The position numbers and the translations under genes are program-made. This document shows positions 49,385 to 59,333 of a DNA stretch of 64,000 bases, piece after piece. A model generated the notes under the pieces. The model saw nothing but the letters and a program-made list of their open reading frames with translations. It ran no database searches and was not told the DNA's origin. The stretch comes from Bacteriovoracaceae bacterium (GTDB lineage: Bacteria > Bdellovibrionota > Bacteriovoracia > Bacteriovoracales > Bacteriovoracaceae), in contig JBLWTJ010000002.1 of assembly GCA_048270185.1 (NCBI GenBank), forward strand, positions 448,001 to 512,000, given 5' to 3'. Positions within the stretch are counted from its first letter, which is position 1; each line of letters starts with the position of its first letter.

Positions 49385-50251
49385 ATGATGATATCTCCAA
49401 CAGATCTTCAATACTTTATAGAGATCGCACAGACTAAGAATATTTCAAGAGCGGCAGAACGTATTGGTATCTCACAGCCATCATTAACTTTAGCAATAAA
49501 GCGAATTGAAGAAGCTCTAGGAGTCGATATTTTTATAAGATCAAAAAAGGGTGTAAGCCTTACAAAAGCTGGTCTTCATCTTTTAAAACACTCTAAGGAA
49601 ATGGGCCAATTTTGGGATCAACTAAAGTCAGAAGCTGTTGGCTCAGTTAACGAAATAAAAGGAACATTATCTTTAGGGTGTCATCCATCAGTCGGCCTTT
49701 ATACACTAGATAAGTTTCTTCCATCGATACTCCAAAGTAATAATGATTTGGAATTTAATCTAATCCATAATTTATCTCGAAAAATTACAGAAGAGGTTAT
49801 TTCTTTAAAACTTGATATCGGGCTTGTTATAAATCCAGTTAAACACCCCGATCTTATCATTCAAAACTTATTTAATGATGTTATGACTTTATGGAAGTCA
49901 AAAATACAAACACCTACGACAGACATAAAGTCAGGTTCAGCAGTTTTAATTTGCGATCCTGAGTTATTACAGACTCAAGATATCAAAAAAAAATTAAGTA
50001 AAAGAGGTATTAAATATAGCCGTATAATAACAAGCAGTAGCCTAGAGAATATAGCGTCTCTAGTTAAATCAGGTGCGGGCATTGGTATCCTTCCAACGAG
50101 AGTAGCAAGAAAATTAGCTGGTAGTAATATTCAAGTAGTTCCTGATGCGCCGACATTCAATGATGTCTTGTCATTGATTTACAGAGTAGAGAATAGAAAC
50201 GTAAAATCGATTCAGTATGTAATTGGAGAAATTTCAAGAAAATTAAAATAA
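49385..50251 (+). CDS. LysR family regulator divergent from the isonitrile operon
   Basis: NISRAAERIGISQPSLTLAIKRIE; GAGIGILP. Confidence 0.9.
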   Translation: MMISPTDLQYFIEIAQTKNISRAAERIGISQPSLTLAIKRIEEALGVDIFIRSKKGVSLTKAGLHLLKHSKEMGQFWDQLKSEAVGSVNEIKGTLSLGCHPSVGLYTLDKFLPSILQSNNDLEFNLIHNLSRKITEEVISLKLDIGLVINPVKHPDLIIQNLFNDVMTLWKSKIQTPTTDIKSGSAVLICDPELLQTQDIKKKLSKRGIKYSRIITSSSLENIASLVKSGAGIGILPTRVARKLAGSNIQVVPDAPTFNDVLSLIYRVENRNVKSIQYVIGEISRKLK

Positions 50252-50306
50252 ATAATCTACTTTACTCTATGGGACAGGCCGCTACACAATTTATAAATAA
50301 AGGCTT

Positions 50307-51803
50307 CTACAAAGAAGCCTTTTTCTTTTTTATCTCTTCGACAAACCAAGTCACTAATTTATCATAAAGAGTATCCCCTAATACTTGATCTTCAATACCA
50401 TCATCAATATTCGGGTTGTCGTTGATCTCCACAACGTAAACATTGCCTTGGGTATCTTGTTTAAGATCGACGCCATAGAGTCCACGGCCGATCGGTTTTG
50501 TGGCCTTAAGAGCAGTTTTAATTATCTGAGATGGAGCCTTATCAACAGGGTATGTTTTAAAGTTACCACTAAACTCTTCTGTTGATTTATCTTTTTCGTG
50601 ATTATAGATCTGCCAATGACCTTCACTCATAAAGTATTGGCATGCAAAAATCGCTTCATTCCCTAAAACCCCCACACGCCAATCAAATTCAGTATAGAGA
50701 TATTTTTGAACGAGAACAAGATCACTTTTCTTTAGAAACTCAGTAATGATTCTGATAGCCTCTTCTTTTGTACTCGCTTTTTTTACACCGACACTAAAAG
50801 AACCATCAGGAATCTTAACCACAAGAGGAAGAGAAAAACGTTCAATTAAATCCTCAACCGTTTCATTCTTTGCATCTGAAACATAACGCCCCGGAATTGA
50901 CTGAACTCCCAAGCGTTCAAGAAGATTTGAAATAAAAATTTTATTTGTACACTTTAGAATTGAACTTGGATCATCTATAACGACAATCCCCTCTGTTTCA
51001 GCAATCTTTGCCAAGCGATAAGTTGAATTCTGTATTGATGTTGTCTTGCGAATAAAGAGAGCATCGAATTCACTCAATCGACTGGCATCCTTTGTGGAAA
51101 TATGTTCGCACCAGACTCCGGCTCTTTCACAAGCTCTTTTAAATTTCTTTAAAGCACCTTCATCACTTGGAGCTTGTTCCTCATCTGGATCAAGAAGAAT
51201 GGCCAAGTCATATAGATAATGTTTTCTATTCTTAGGAAGACGCCACATTTTCAAACTATAATTCTCTAATGAGTTTGCAAAGAACTCTTCTTCGCTCTCT
51301 AAAAGATCGCGTATTCCAAGTTGCTCAACACTTGAAAATTGCCAATGATCATCTTTCTTTTTTAGAACGACTTCTAGTATTGGAGCTGGATAGTAATCAA
51401 AGACCTTGCGCGCGATGGGCTCAAATAACTTACTACTAACTTTAGAGAAGAATATACGAAACGAAATCTCACTTTCTAAGATCTTCTTGCCACTATGAAG
51501 AGAAAAATCATCTAAGGAATCATTAAAGTCCTTAAGATCGTGGAGATAGTACTTCTTCTTACTAAGATCATTTAATGTCTTAAGACTTGGAATCACTTTA
51601 TGATTTCGGGCTTCTGCCAGCATACTGCAATAGTAGCCAGACTTTAAATAGCTCATTTTATTACATAAATTGATGACTTTAAGGTTCTTTTTTTCCTGAA
51701 GAGTACGATCAAAAAGATAGTCGTTAACAGCAATAACTTGGTCTGATGGAAAATAAGGTTTCCAGTCCTTAATATTATCAACAACCACTATTAATTTATC
51801 CAC
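50307..51803 (-). CDS. RimK-family ATP-grasp ligase with N-terminal RLAN-like domain
   Basis: INLC..SYLKSGYYCSMLAEAR; KIPDGSFS; DWRVGVL; YGVDLK; EINDNPNID. Confidence 0.85.
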   Translation of the reverse strand: MDKLIVVVDNIKDWKPYFPSDQVIAVNDYLFDRTLQEKKNLKVINLCNKMSYLKSGYYCSMLAEARNHKVIPSLKTLNDLSKKKYYLHDLKDFNDSLDDFSLHSGKKILESEISFRIFFSKVSSKLFEPIARKVFDYYPAPILEVVLKKKDDHWQFSSVEQLGIRDLLESEEEFFANSLENYSLKMWRLPKNRKHYLYDLAILLDPDEEQAPSDEGALKKFKRACERAGVWCEHISTKDASRLSEFDALFIRKTTSIQNSTYRLAKIAETEGIVVIDDPSSILKCTNKIFISNLLERLGVQSIPGRYVSDAKNETVEDLIERFSLPLVVKIPDGSFSVGVKKASTKEEAIRIITEFLKKSDLVLVQKYLYTEFDWRVGVLGNEAIFACQYFMSEGHWQIYNHEKDKSTEEFSGNFKTYPVDKAPSQIIKTALKATKPIGRGLYGVDLKQDTQGNVYVVEINDNPNIDDGIEDQVLGDTLYDKLVTWFVEEIKKKKASL

Positions 51804-51860
51804 CTAAAACCTCTTTTGGGTTATATTAATACACATAAGTTAATATCAGTTTGGTAGAAA

Positions 51861-52958
51861 ATGGAAGATATAAAGTTTCGTACGGCAAAAATAAATGACA
51901 TTTCAACACTTGTTAAAATTGAACAGGAATGTTTTAGCTATGACCAACTGACTCAGGCAAACTTCAAGCACATAATCCAAAAGGCCAATGCCGACTTTTC
52001 TCTTATCCTCTATAGTGGAGAGATCGCAGGATATGGAATTCTATTCTACAGAAAAGGGACATCCCTTTGTCGTCTCTACTCTATTGCCATTTCTCCTAGG
52101 TTTAGAGGTAAAGGCCTTGGCGATAAGCTACTTACTCACCTAGAACATCTTGCAAAAGAAGGAGACTCAACTTACTTAAGACTTGAAGTAAAAGAAGAAA
52201 ACAAGGCTGGAATTGAGCTCTATCAAAAACATGGCTTCGTAAAATTCTTAGAAAAAGAAGACTATTATGAAGACCACTCTTTAGCGCTTTGTTTTGAAAA
52301 GAAAATTCAAAAGGCCGACCTTAAAACTAAGAAGGCAAAGGTTCCTTTTTACAAACAGACAACTGATTTTACCTGTGGTCCCTCTAGCCTCATGATGGCC
52401 ATGAAAGCTTTAAACCCAAAAAGAAAAAACACTCGAACTGAAGAGATTCAAATTTGGCGTGAAGCTACGACGATTTTTATGACTTCAGGTCATGGTGGAT
52501 GCGGCCCTCATGGCCTAGCTCTTGCCGCCCATAAGAGAGGATTCGCACCTAAACTATACCTTAATACAAAAGAATATCTCTTTGTTGAGGGTGTAAGGCA
52601 AAAGACGAAAAAAGAAATCATAAAGCTTGTACAAGACTCTTTTGTGAAAGAACTTAAAATGCATAATATCCCGATGTCACAAAAAAGAGTCGACTGGAAT
52701 GAGCTTGAGACTATCATTGAAAGTGGAGGTATTCCTCTCGTTCTCATCTCATCTTATCGACTGACAAATTCGAAGGTTCCTCACTGGGTCGTCATCACAG
52801 GAATATCTAAAGAGTTTATCTACTTTAATGACCCATACGTCGAAGAAAACGACACGGTCTTAACAAATACAGATATACCGGTTAGAAAAGATGAGTTTGA
52901 AGCCATGGCAAAGTATGGAAGCAAACAAATCAAATCATTTTTGGCGCTCTACCCGTAA
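51861..52958 (+). CDS. GNAT acetyltransferase fused to a C39-like peptidase (DUF3335-type)
   Basis: LYSIAI..FRGKGLG; QTTDFTCGP, WREATTIFMTSGHGGC, PHWVV, NDP. Confidence 0.85.
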   Translation: MEDIKFRTAKINDISTLVKIEQECFSYDQLTQANFKHIIQKANADFSLILYSGEIAGYGILFYRKGTSLCRLYSIAISPRFRGKGLGDKLLTHLEHLAKEGDSTYLRLEVKEENKAGIELYQKHGFVKFLEKEDYYEDHSLALCFEKKIQKADLKTKKAKVPFYKQTTDFTCGPSSLMMAMKALNPKRKNTRTEEIQIWREATTIFMTSGHGGCGPHGLALAAHKRGFAPKLYLNTKEYLFVEGVRQKTKKEIIKLVQDSFVKELKMHNIPMSQKRVDWNELETIIESGGIPLVLISSYRLTNSKVPHWVVITGISKEFIYFNDPYVEENDTVLTNTDIPVRKDEFEAMAKYGSKQIKSFLALYP

Positions 52959-52980
52959 TAAAATATTCTATAAAAGTGCA

Positions 52981-54105
52981 CTATTTGAATTGCACGTCAA
53001 AATTATCATAGAAAAACTTAATATCGCTTTGTAGATGATCTAATTTTTCGTTCTTCAGAAGTAAATACCCATAATCTTGGCCAACACCTTCACGAGTTGT
53101 GAGGATATCACCTTTTTCAATCTTTAAAGAAAATTTATGAATACTGCTAAGGCCCTGAATTTCTTCAACACCTAATACATCTGTGACATTTCCTTGTCCC
53201 GGATGAATAACAATAGACGATGCATAATATTTTAGTTCATTGAACTTGATATTTTGATCACCTATCTCGATAGCGACAAAGACGTCCCAAAAGTTTTGAT
53301 GGTAGGCAAGCTTCATGGCATCCATGATATAGCCGCCAGGTGGCCTAAGAGCAACTTCACCAAATAAGATCTCTCCACTCTCTTGAATATAGTACTCTAA
53401 ATGGGTCATTCCCCACTTAAGTTTTAAGGCCTTAAGAACATTATTATTTAACTCGTGAATTTTCTCTTTTATCTCTTCGCTATAATTACCTGGAAGAATA
53501 TTACAAGCACCATTTTTGAAGTACTGAGTAATATTTGTAAAGAGCACTTCTCCATCTTTTACAAAGGATTCAATACTTCCTTCTGTACCTCTAATTGGTT
53601 TTTCAAAGTATGAAACCTTATCAAGATATAATTCCACTTCTTCAAGGGTATTAAGAAAGCTTACACCTCGCCCCCCTGAACTGAGCTTAACTTTATTCAC
53701 AATAGGTAAGCCTAGAGACCCGACTATTTCTTGGGCCGTTTTTCCTTTTGAAGACTTAAACTTTGTCATGGGAATTTGATGTTTTGAGAGATACTTCTTC
53801 ATCTCAAGCTTGTCAGTACAATGTGTGATGACACTATCTTTATTTCGATAGAGATCAAGCCAACGTCTAAGACGACTTGCGGGAACAACAGCAGCTTCTG
53901 TGGCAGCGATGACATGAGTAACATCAGAAAAGAGTTCTGCGTACTTCACAATACAATCTTTCTTTGTTGGAAATTTTCCTATTATGTTCTGAATACTTTG
54001 ACGCGAATTCTTTAATTCGCTCTCACTCCAGATGATATAGGGAATATTTCTGTTTTCCAGCGCCTTGGCAGCACCAATTCGAAAACCAATTAATAAGACA
54101 GTCAT
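52981..54105 (-). CDS. ATP-grasp domain protein (L-amino acid ligase-like)
   Basis: DKLEMK, SSGGRGV, THLEY, GEVALRPPGG. Confidence 0.8.
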   Translation of the reverse strand: MTVLLIGFRIGAAKALENRNIPYIIWSESELKNSRQSIQNIIGKFPTKKDCIVKYAELFSDVTHVIAATEAAVVPASRLRRWLDLYRNKDSVITHCTDKLEMKKYLSKHQIPMTKFKSSKGKTAQEIVGSLGLPIVNKVKLSSGGRGVSFLNTLEEVELYLDKVSYFEKPIRGTEGSIESFVKDGEVLFTNITQYFKNGACNILPGNYSEEIKEKIHELNNNVLKALKLKWGMTHLEYYIQESGEILFGEVALRPPGGYIMDAMKLAYHQNFWDVFVAIEIGDQNIKFNELKYYASSIVIHPGQGNVTDVLGVEEIQGLSSIHKFSLKIEKGDILTTREGVGQDYGYLLLKNEKLDHLQSDIKFFYDNFDVQFK

Positions 54106-54190
54106 AAGCTCTCACATTTAATTATACATAAATTTTAAGCTTACTTGTTTTGAAACGCCAATAAAAAAGCCCTCTTTCGAGGGCCTTTTC

Positions 54191-56299
54191 TTATCTTGTA
54201 ATTGTCGTCATATTTGAACAGTTATTCTTCTTATAAAATTTCTGAAGACCGACTGTTTTATCGCGGTTATTCATTATCTCAACCATAATTTGCCCTAGAC
54301 GGTCTGCACGGATTCCCTTTTGACCAAATTTATTATCAAGATAGTCCTGTGCTTCTTCAATTGACATTTTCTTCCCATAGAAATCAATTGTCTTTGCAAC
54401 GACTTCTGCTTCTTCTAAAGAATACTTCTTTCCTTCAACTTCAACTTCGCTCTTCCCTAATTCACGGTGAGATTTAATTTTCTTTAAGTAATTCTTTGCA
54501 CTAATAATTCTTCGTGCAAGTATTGCAGAATCATTATGCTGCTTAATCTTCTTACGATCTTTATTGTGATCAGGGCTCCCAAAGATATCATTATTAGTAG
54601 CTAAGAAATCGTAACCAAGTTCTGATAATTTTTGAGCATATACCCAAATTTGTCTTGTTGTTTCAACATCAACACATGCGTTTAGTAGTTTATCTTCTCC
54701 AAGTCTTTTTGATTCACCACTTTTAGTAATTTCATAATCTTTTTCTAAATCTTTATAGTGATCTTTAAAGTTCTTATTTTGCTCTTCTGAAAGTGATCTC
54801 ATTTTATCAACGAATTCACGACCATACTTACCGTAAACATGGTTTCTAACGATATCTAAAGATTTAATAATTTCTCTTAGATCGCCATCTTTCGAATCTT
54901 GAGAAGAGTATTCTTTTTTTGAAATAATCGCACCAAGCCTCTTATCAAGTTCTCCAACTTTTGCGTATGCATCAGTAATCTCTTTCTCACGCTTTTTAAG
55001 ATCCTCACTCTTTAGTAATTCTCTAAATTCTTTCACTGTGATTTCTTCTTCTCCTAATTTAATACGATAAGAATCATCAAAACTCTTGCGTGCACTCTCT
55101 CTTTTTGTTTGAATATTTATTAAAACACGATTAAATGAACTGGCCATATCAGCTAAGAAGTCTTTATTAAAGTCTTTAACACTTAGATTCATTAACTCCA
55201 TTGCATTATCAAGTTGTGATAATTTTTGCTTAAATAGCATATTAAGGAATCGATCAGCTCCTTGAGATTCAGAAATATAAGTATCAAGATACTTATCAAG
55301 AAGTGGCTTTGAGTATGTAAGCTCCCCTAGGATTTCAGCTTGCTGGTATGTTGCGGATTTACCAGGTAGATCAGTTAATGGAGTTTTCATTTTTTCATAA
55401 AGTGATGAAATTAGCTTTTCAACTTCAGCATCCACTTTCTTCACTTCTTCTTCTTTAATTTTATTAAACTCTGCTTCAACACTATCCTTTGCTTTCTTAA
55501 AAGTTTCGAATTCTTTCTTCACTTCAGAAAGAAGATGTGCTGAAATTTCTTTATCTGTGTAGTGGCGGTCAGTATCAATATCGAAAACCTCTAATGCCTT
55601 TACTTGATTTCTAACATCATAGTATGCGCAGTTAAGTTTAACGAATGTATTGATATCTTCTTCTGTATCGAATTCAAATCGATCACTAAAGATATTATTA
55701 ATAAATCGAAGCATTGATGCGACTGCAAGGCCACCATAAGCAACAGTTACACCAGATGGAGAATATAGACCAAATTGTGCAAAAGTTTGAATAATATCAG
55801 CAGATCTTTCTAAAAAAGGAGTTCTTTCTAAATTCGAACAACGATTATTTGAAAAGAGCGTGTTCATTCCATTCATCACTTGTGTTAATGGAACACCTTC
55901 GATTTTGATATCTTCAGTCGTTGGAACAATATCTGTTGTCTCCTTACCTTGTTCTTCTTTTAATTTATTAAGTTGGTCTTCAAGTTCATTTGAACTTGTA
56001 AGAATTTGATCAATTAGATTTTCATTACCATCAAAACAGTCGTCTTTAAAAACTGTCACTACGGCCTTAAGACTATTAAGTGTTTCTTCATAGCTTCTAG
56101 TATTATTAAGAGGACAAAATTCAGGCCTTGTTAGTGGTAGCTTATTTCTACCAACGATTTCCTTAATCTCTTTATCAAGTTGAGTATCAAGCTTGTTGTA
56201 CTTTAATGTTTTAACATAGTTACTAAAGTCCGAGGCGTGAACATTGATGGCCGAACTTAAAATTAATGCGCTCGTTAGAAATGGCATAACTCTCTTCAT
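54191..56299 (-). CDS. large secreted hypothetical protein
   Basis: Signal peptide ending VHA; coiled-coil rich; AGGAG RBS. Confidence 0.75.
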   Translation of the reverse strand: MKRVMPFLTSALILSSAINVHASDFSNYVKTLKYNKLDTQLDKEIKEIVGRNKLPLTRPEFCPLNNTRSYEETLNSLKAVVTVFKDDCFDGNENLIDQILTSSNELEDQLNKLKEEQGKETTDIVPTTEDIKIEGVPLTQVMNGMNTLFSNNRCSNLERTPFLERSADIIQTFAQFGLYSPSGVTVAYGGLAVASMLRFINNIFSDRFEFDTEEDINTFVKLNCAYYDVRNQVKALEVFDIDTDRHYTDKEISAHLLSEVKKEFETFKKAKDSVEAEFNKIKEEEVKKVDAEVEKLISSLYEKMKTPLTDLPGKSATYQQAEILGELTYSKPLLDKYLDTYISESQGADRFLNMLFKQKLSQLDNAMELMNLSVKDFNKDFLADMASSFNRVLINIQTKRESARKSFDDSYRIKLGEEEITVKEFRELLKSEDLKKREKEITDAYAKVGELDKRLGAIISKKEYSSQDSKDGDLREIIKSLDIVRNHVYGKYGREFVDKMRSLSEEQNKNFKDHYKDLEKDYEITKSGESKRLGEDKLLNACVDVETTRQIWVYAQKLSELGYDFLATNNDIFGSPDHNKDRKKIKQHNDSAILARRIISAKNYLKKIKSHRELGKSEVEVEGKKYSLEEAEVVAKTIDFYGKKMSIEEAQDYLDNKFGQKGIRADRLGQIMVEIMNNRDKTVGLQKFYKKNNCSNMTTITR

Positions 56300-56417
56300 T
56301 TAAATCTCCTAATAACTCGCTGTGCGTAGCGTTATGTTATCGATAAAATGAACAGATTTCAGCTAGATAAGGCCAATGTGAAAATTATATAGAATGTAAC
56401 AGTCTGAAATTAGGTTA

Positions 56418-56747
56418 TTATTTCTTAAAAATATCTAATTTTAATTCTAAAATCTCACCCATCCATAGAGTATTTTGAGTATGATCAAGAAGGTCATCCC
56501 CTGTATTAGCGTGAGTAAAAACTGTTAAATCTTGACGATTCTCCAGTAGCCAAGGAATCATTTCATTAAGCTTATCAGCATTGTAGAGCAACTGACAGCT
56601 CCAGCGAGGATGTGGACCTACTTCTTTCTGGTGAGCTCGGCCAATTTGGACAAATGACAACTCACGGGCCTTATCCAAGACAGTTAGGGCAAGATCATAA
56701 GTGCTTTCATCGTAATATAAATGTGAGTGATAATCTAAAACTTTCAT
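56418..56747 (-). CDS. DOPA 4,5-dioxygenase family protein
   Basis: YHSHLYY, VGPHP..SCQ, HANTGDDLLDH..WMG. Confidence 0.85.
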   Translation of the reverse strand: MKVLDYHSHLYYDESTYDLALTVLDKARELSFVQIGRAHQKEVGPHPRWSCQLLYNADKLNEMIPWLLENRQDLTVFTHANTGDDLLDHTQNTLWMGEILELKLDIFKK

Positions 56748-56853
56748 AGGCCTAATATCTTGGAAAAAGCTGCAATTTGCAAGTCTCTTTGCATGTATCA
56801 GTAACTCAGCCTACAATTAAATAAATTGATATCAATAAACATGAGGTAGCACG

Positions 56854-58266
56854 ATGAAATCTGAAGTAAGTATTCCCAAGCTTATTATTACAATTCTAGT
56901 AGGAATTGGTATTTGGAATATATCTATTCCACAGGGACTAGAACCGAAAGCTTGGCATCTCTTTGCAATTTTTATAAGTACGATCTTAGGAGTCATTTTA
57001 AAGGCCATGCCGATGGGCTCAATGTGTATGTTTGGTCTTACAGTGAGTTTATTTACCGGAACTCTAAATTTGAAGAAAGAAGCATTAACAGGTTTTTCCA
57101 ATAGCACGATTTGGCTAATCGTCATTGCTTTCTTTATTGCTCATGGTTTTGTCAAAACAGGTCTTGGTTCACGTATTGCTTATTTCTTTGTCTATACACT
57201 AGGAAAGAAAACACTTGGACTTTCATATGGCCTGGCCCTATCTGATTTAGTCCTTGCCCCGGCCACTCCCTCTAATACAGCAAGAGGTGGTGGAATTATC
57301 TATCCAATCATGAAGTCATTAGCATTGAGTTATGATTCAAAACCAAACGATCCATCAAGAAAGAAAATAGGTGAATTCCTAACTCTAACTTGCTTTCAGG
57401 CCTGTGTTGTTACTTCTGCAATGTTCTTAACTGCGATGGCCGCCAATCCTCTTATTGCGCAATTTGCAGCAGATAATGGAGTTAAAATAACTTGGGGGAG
57501 TTGGGCCTTAGCGGCAATTGTTCCAGGGATTGTCTCCCTCATTGTCGTTCCATATGTGATTTACAAACTATATAAACCAGAAATCACAGAAACTCCTGCT
57601 GCCAAGGAATTGGCCAGACAGAAACTAAAAGAGATGGGGCCAATTTCAAAGAAAGAATGGATCATGCTTGCTACATTCCTATTTCTTATCGTTTTTTGGA
57701 TTCTTGGAAGTACATTAAAAATTGCTTCAACGACAACGGCTTTTGGAGGACTTGTTATTTTACTGGTCACAGGAGTTCTCACTTGGGAGGATATAAAATC
57801 TGAAAAAGGTGCATGGGATACACTTATTTGGTTTGGTGTTCTCGTTATGATGGCCAACTATCTTAACAAATTTGGATTCGTTCCTTGGTTTAGCCAATAT
57901 GTTTCTAAAGAAGTAGCGACCTTATCATGGACCATGGCCTTCCCTGTTCTTCTAGGAATTTACTTCTATTCACACTATATTTTTGCATCGGCAACGGCTC
58001 ACGTAACGGCCATGGCCGCAGTATTTATGGCAGTAGGAATTAACGTTGGTGTTCCACCATATCTAATGGCCATCTCACTGGGATTCTTTTCAAATCTCTT
58101 TGGTTCACTAACACATTACGGAATGGGCCCTGCACCTGTTCTCTTTGGTTCAGGTTATGTTGAATTATCTGACTGGTGGAAAGTTGGATTTATCATTTCG
58201 ATCGTTAATATTCTTATTTGGATGATTGTCGGTGGAGCTTGGTGGAAGTTGCTTGGATTATTCTAA
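56854..58266 (+). CDS. DASS family anion transporter (CitT/2-oxoglutarate-malate type)
   Basis: PSNTARGGGII, SAMFLTAMAANP, FASATAH, THYGMGPAP. Confidence 0.9.
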   Translation: MKSEVSIPKLIITILVGIGIWNISIPQGLEPKAWHLFAIFISTILGVILKAMPMGSMCMFGLTVSLFTGTLNLKKEALTGFSNSTIWLIVIAFFIAHGFVKTGLGSRIAYFFVYTLGKKTLGLSYGLALSDLVLAPATPSNTARGGGIIYPIMKSLALSYDSKPNDPSRKKIGEFLTLTCFQACVVTSAMFLTAMAANPLIAQFAADNGVKITWGSWALAAIVPGIVSLIVVPYVIYKLYKPEITETPAAKELARQKLKEMGPISKKEWIMLATFLFLIVFWILGSTLKIASTTTAFGGLVILLVTGVLTWEDIKSEKGAWDTLIWFGVLVMMANYLNKFGFVPWFSQYVSKEVATLSWTMAFPVLLGIYFYSHYIFASATAHVTAMAAVFMAVGINVGVPPYLMAISLGFFSNLFGSLTHYGMGPAPVLFGSGYVELSDWWKVGFIISIVNILIWMIVGGAWWKLLGLF

Positions 58267-58293
58267 AACAAAGGGAGCTCTGAGCTCCCCTTT

Positions 58294-59196
58294 TTATTTC
58301 ATTATAATTAATTTTGATTGGCTTTGATTAAAATGAAAAACTTGTCCTTCGCTAGAAATTTTCTCAATATGATCGTAGATCAATTGAGGGTCTGGAAAAT
58401 CAAACACTCTTAATTCCTCTTTTGGCTTAATACTCATATCTAAATCAGAAGAGATGAGACTCCAGATTCCTGCAGGACGAGAGTTCTCAGGATCTCCGAT
58501 AAGATCATCAGACAAGTAAACGCGTCTTTTATACATATTTGCATAAGTTGAAAGGCCAGCAAGCTCCAATAATGACTCAGCCATTGTCGCGCATCCTGCT
58601 CCTTCAAACTTTAAAGGGTCAGCACCAAAGCCATAAATATTTCCGGCTACTTTTGAGTTCTTTGTTTTTTCTGTATAAGTTTTCGCAAAATCGAGGGCCT
58701 TAGCGCAGTTAGCCTCTGTTACAGGAAAAGAAATTGCAGCAAAATGATCTTTAGAAATATAGTCATCGATCTTCTTATAAAACTCATCACGCTTATCAAG
58801 TTTTCCAGAAACAGTTAAAAGAGGTATGTCTTTATACAACGATGGATTATTAAGAATACTAAAGCCGTAGCCCCCTAAAATATATCGCTGGAAAGCTTGA
58901 AGGTCTTTCGCACTTTGACCAATGAAGAAATTCTTACGCTCTCCATCAATTGTACAATTTATTTCAGTTGTCACATGCCCAAGAATACTAGGAGTTAGTG
59001 GAAAGTAATACTTATTCTTAATAAGTGAAAAAAGTAAATCACGTGGTTTTTTCCACTGTAATTCATAAGTAGAAGGAACAACCTGAAGTGTAATAGTATT
59101 TGGAAGTTTCCTAAATGTTTCGTCAGCTAGTTCATTAAAAGTTTGAGTGTTAGCAAAAAGATTTAAGCTTAAAATTAGCGTTAAAATTAATTTCAT
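58294..59196 (-). CDS. secreted hypothetical protein
   Basis: Signal peptide; LGH...EGAGCA motifs. Confidence 0.65.
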   Translation of the reverse strand: MKLILTLILSLNLFANTQTFNELADETFRKLPNTITLQVVPSTYELQWKKPRDLLFSLIKNKYYFPLTPSILGHVTTEINCTIDGERKNFFIGQSAKDLQAFQRYILGGYGFSILNNPSLYKDIPLLTVSGKLDKRDEFYKKIDDYISKDHFAAISFPVTEANCAKALDFAKTYTEKTKNSKVAGNIYGFGADPLKFEGAGCATMAESLLELAGLSTYANMYKRRVYLSDDLIGDPENSRPAGIWSLISSDLDMSIKPKEELRVFDFPDPQLIYDHIEKISSEGQVFHFNQSQSKLIIMK

Positions 59197-59333
59197 TCGA
59201 ATTCCCTAATTTAATTTTATAGATCATCATATCCTATTTTCCTCATTATTTCACTATGGGCAAGCTACTGTAATCACATAAAAAAAGGAGTGCATAATGC
59301 ACTCCTTATAATTCGTAAAATTGTAAATTTATT

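Noticed and set aside
50252..50306. attR copy of the tRNA-Leu 3' end
   Set aside because: No GAGGCACCA-like repeat seen here or in the later intergenic regions I inspected.
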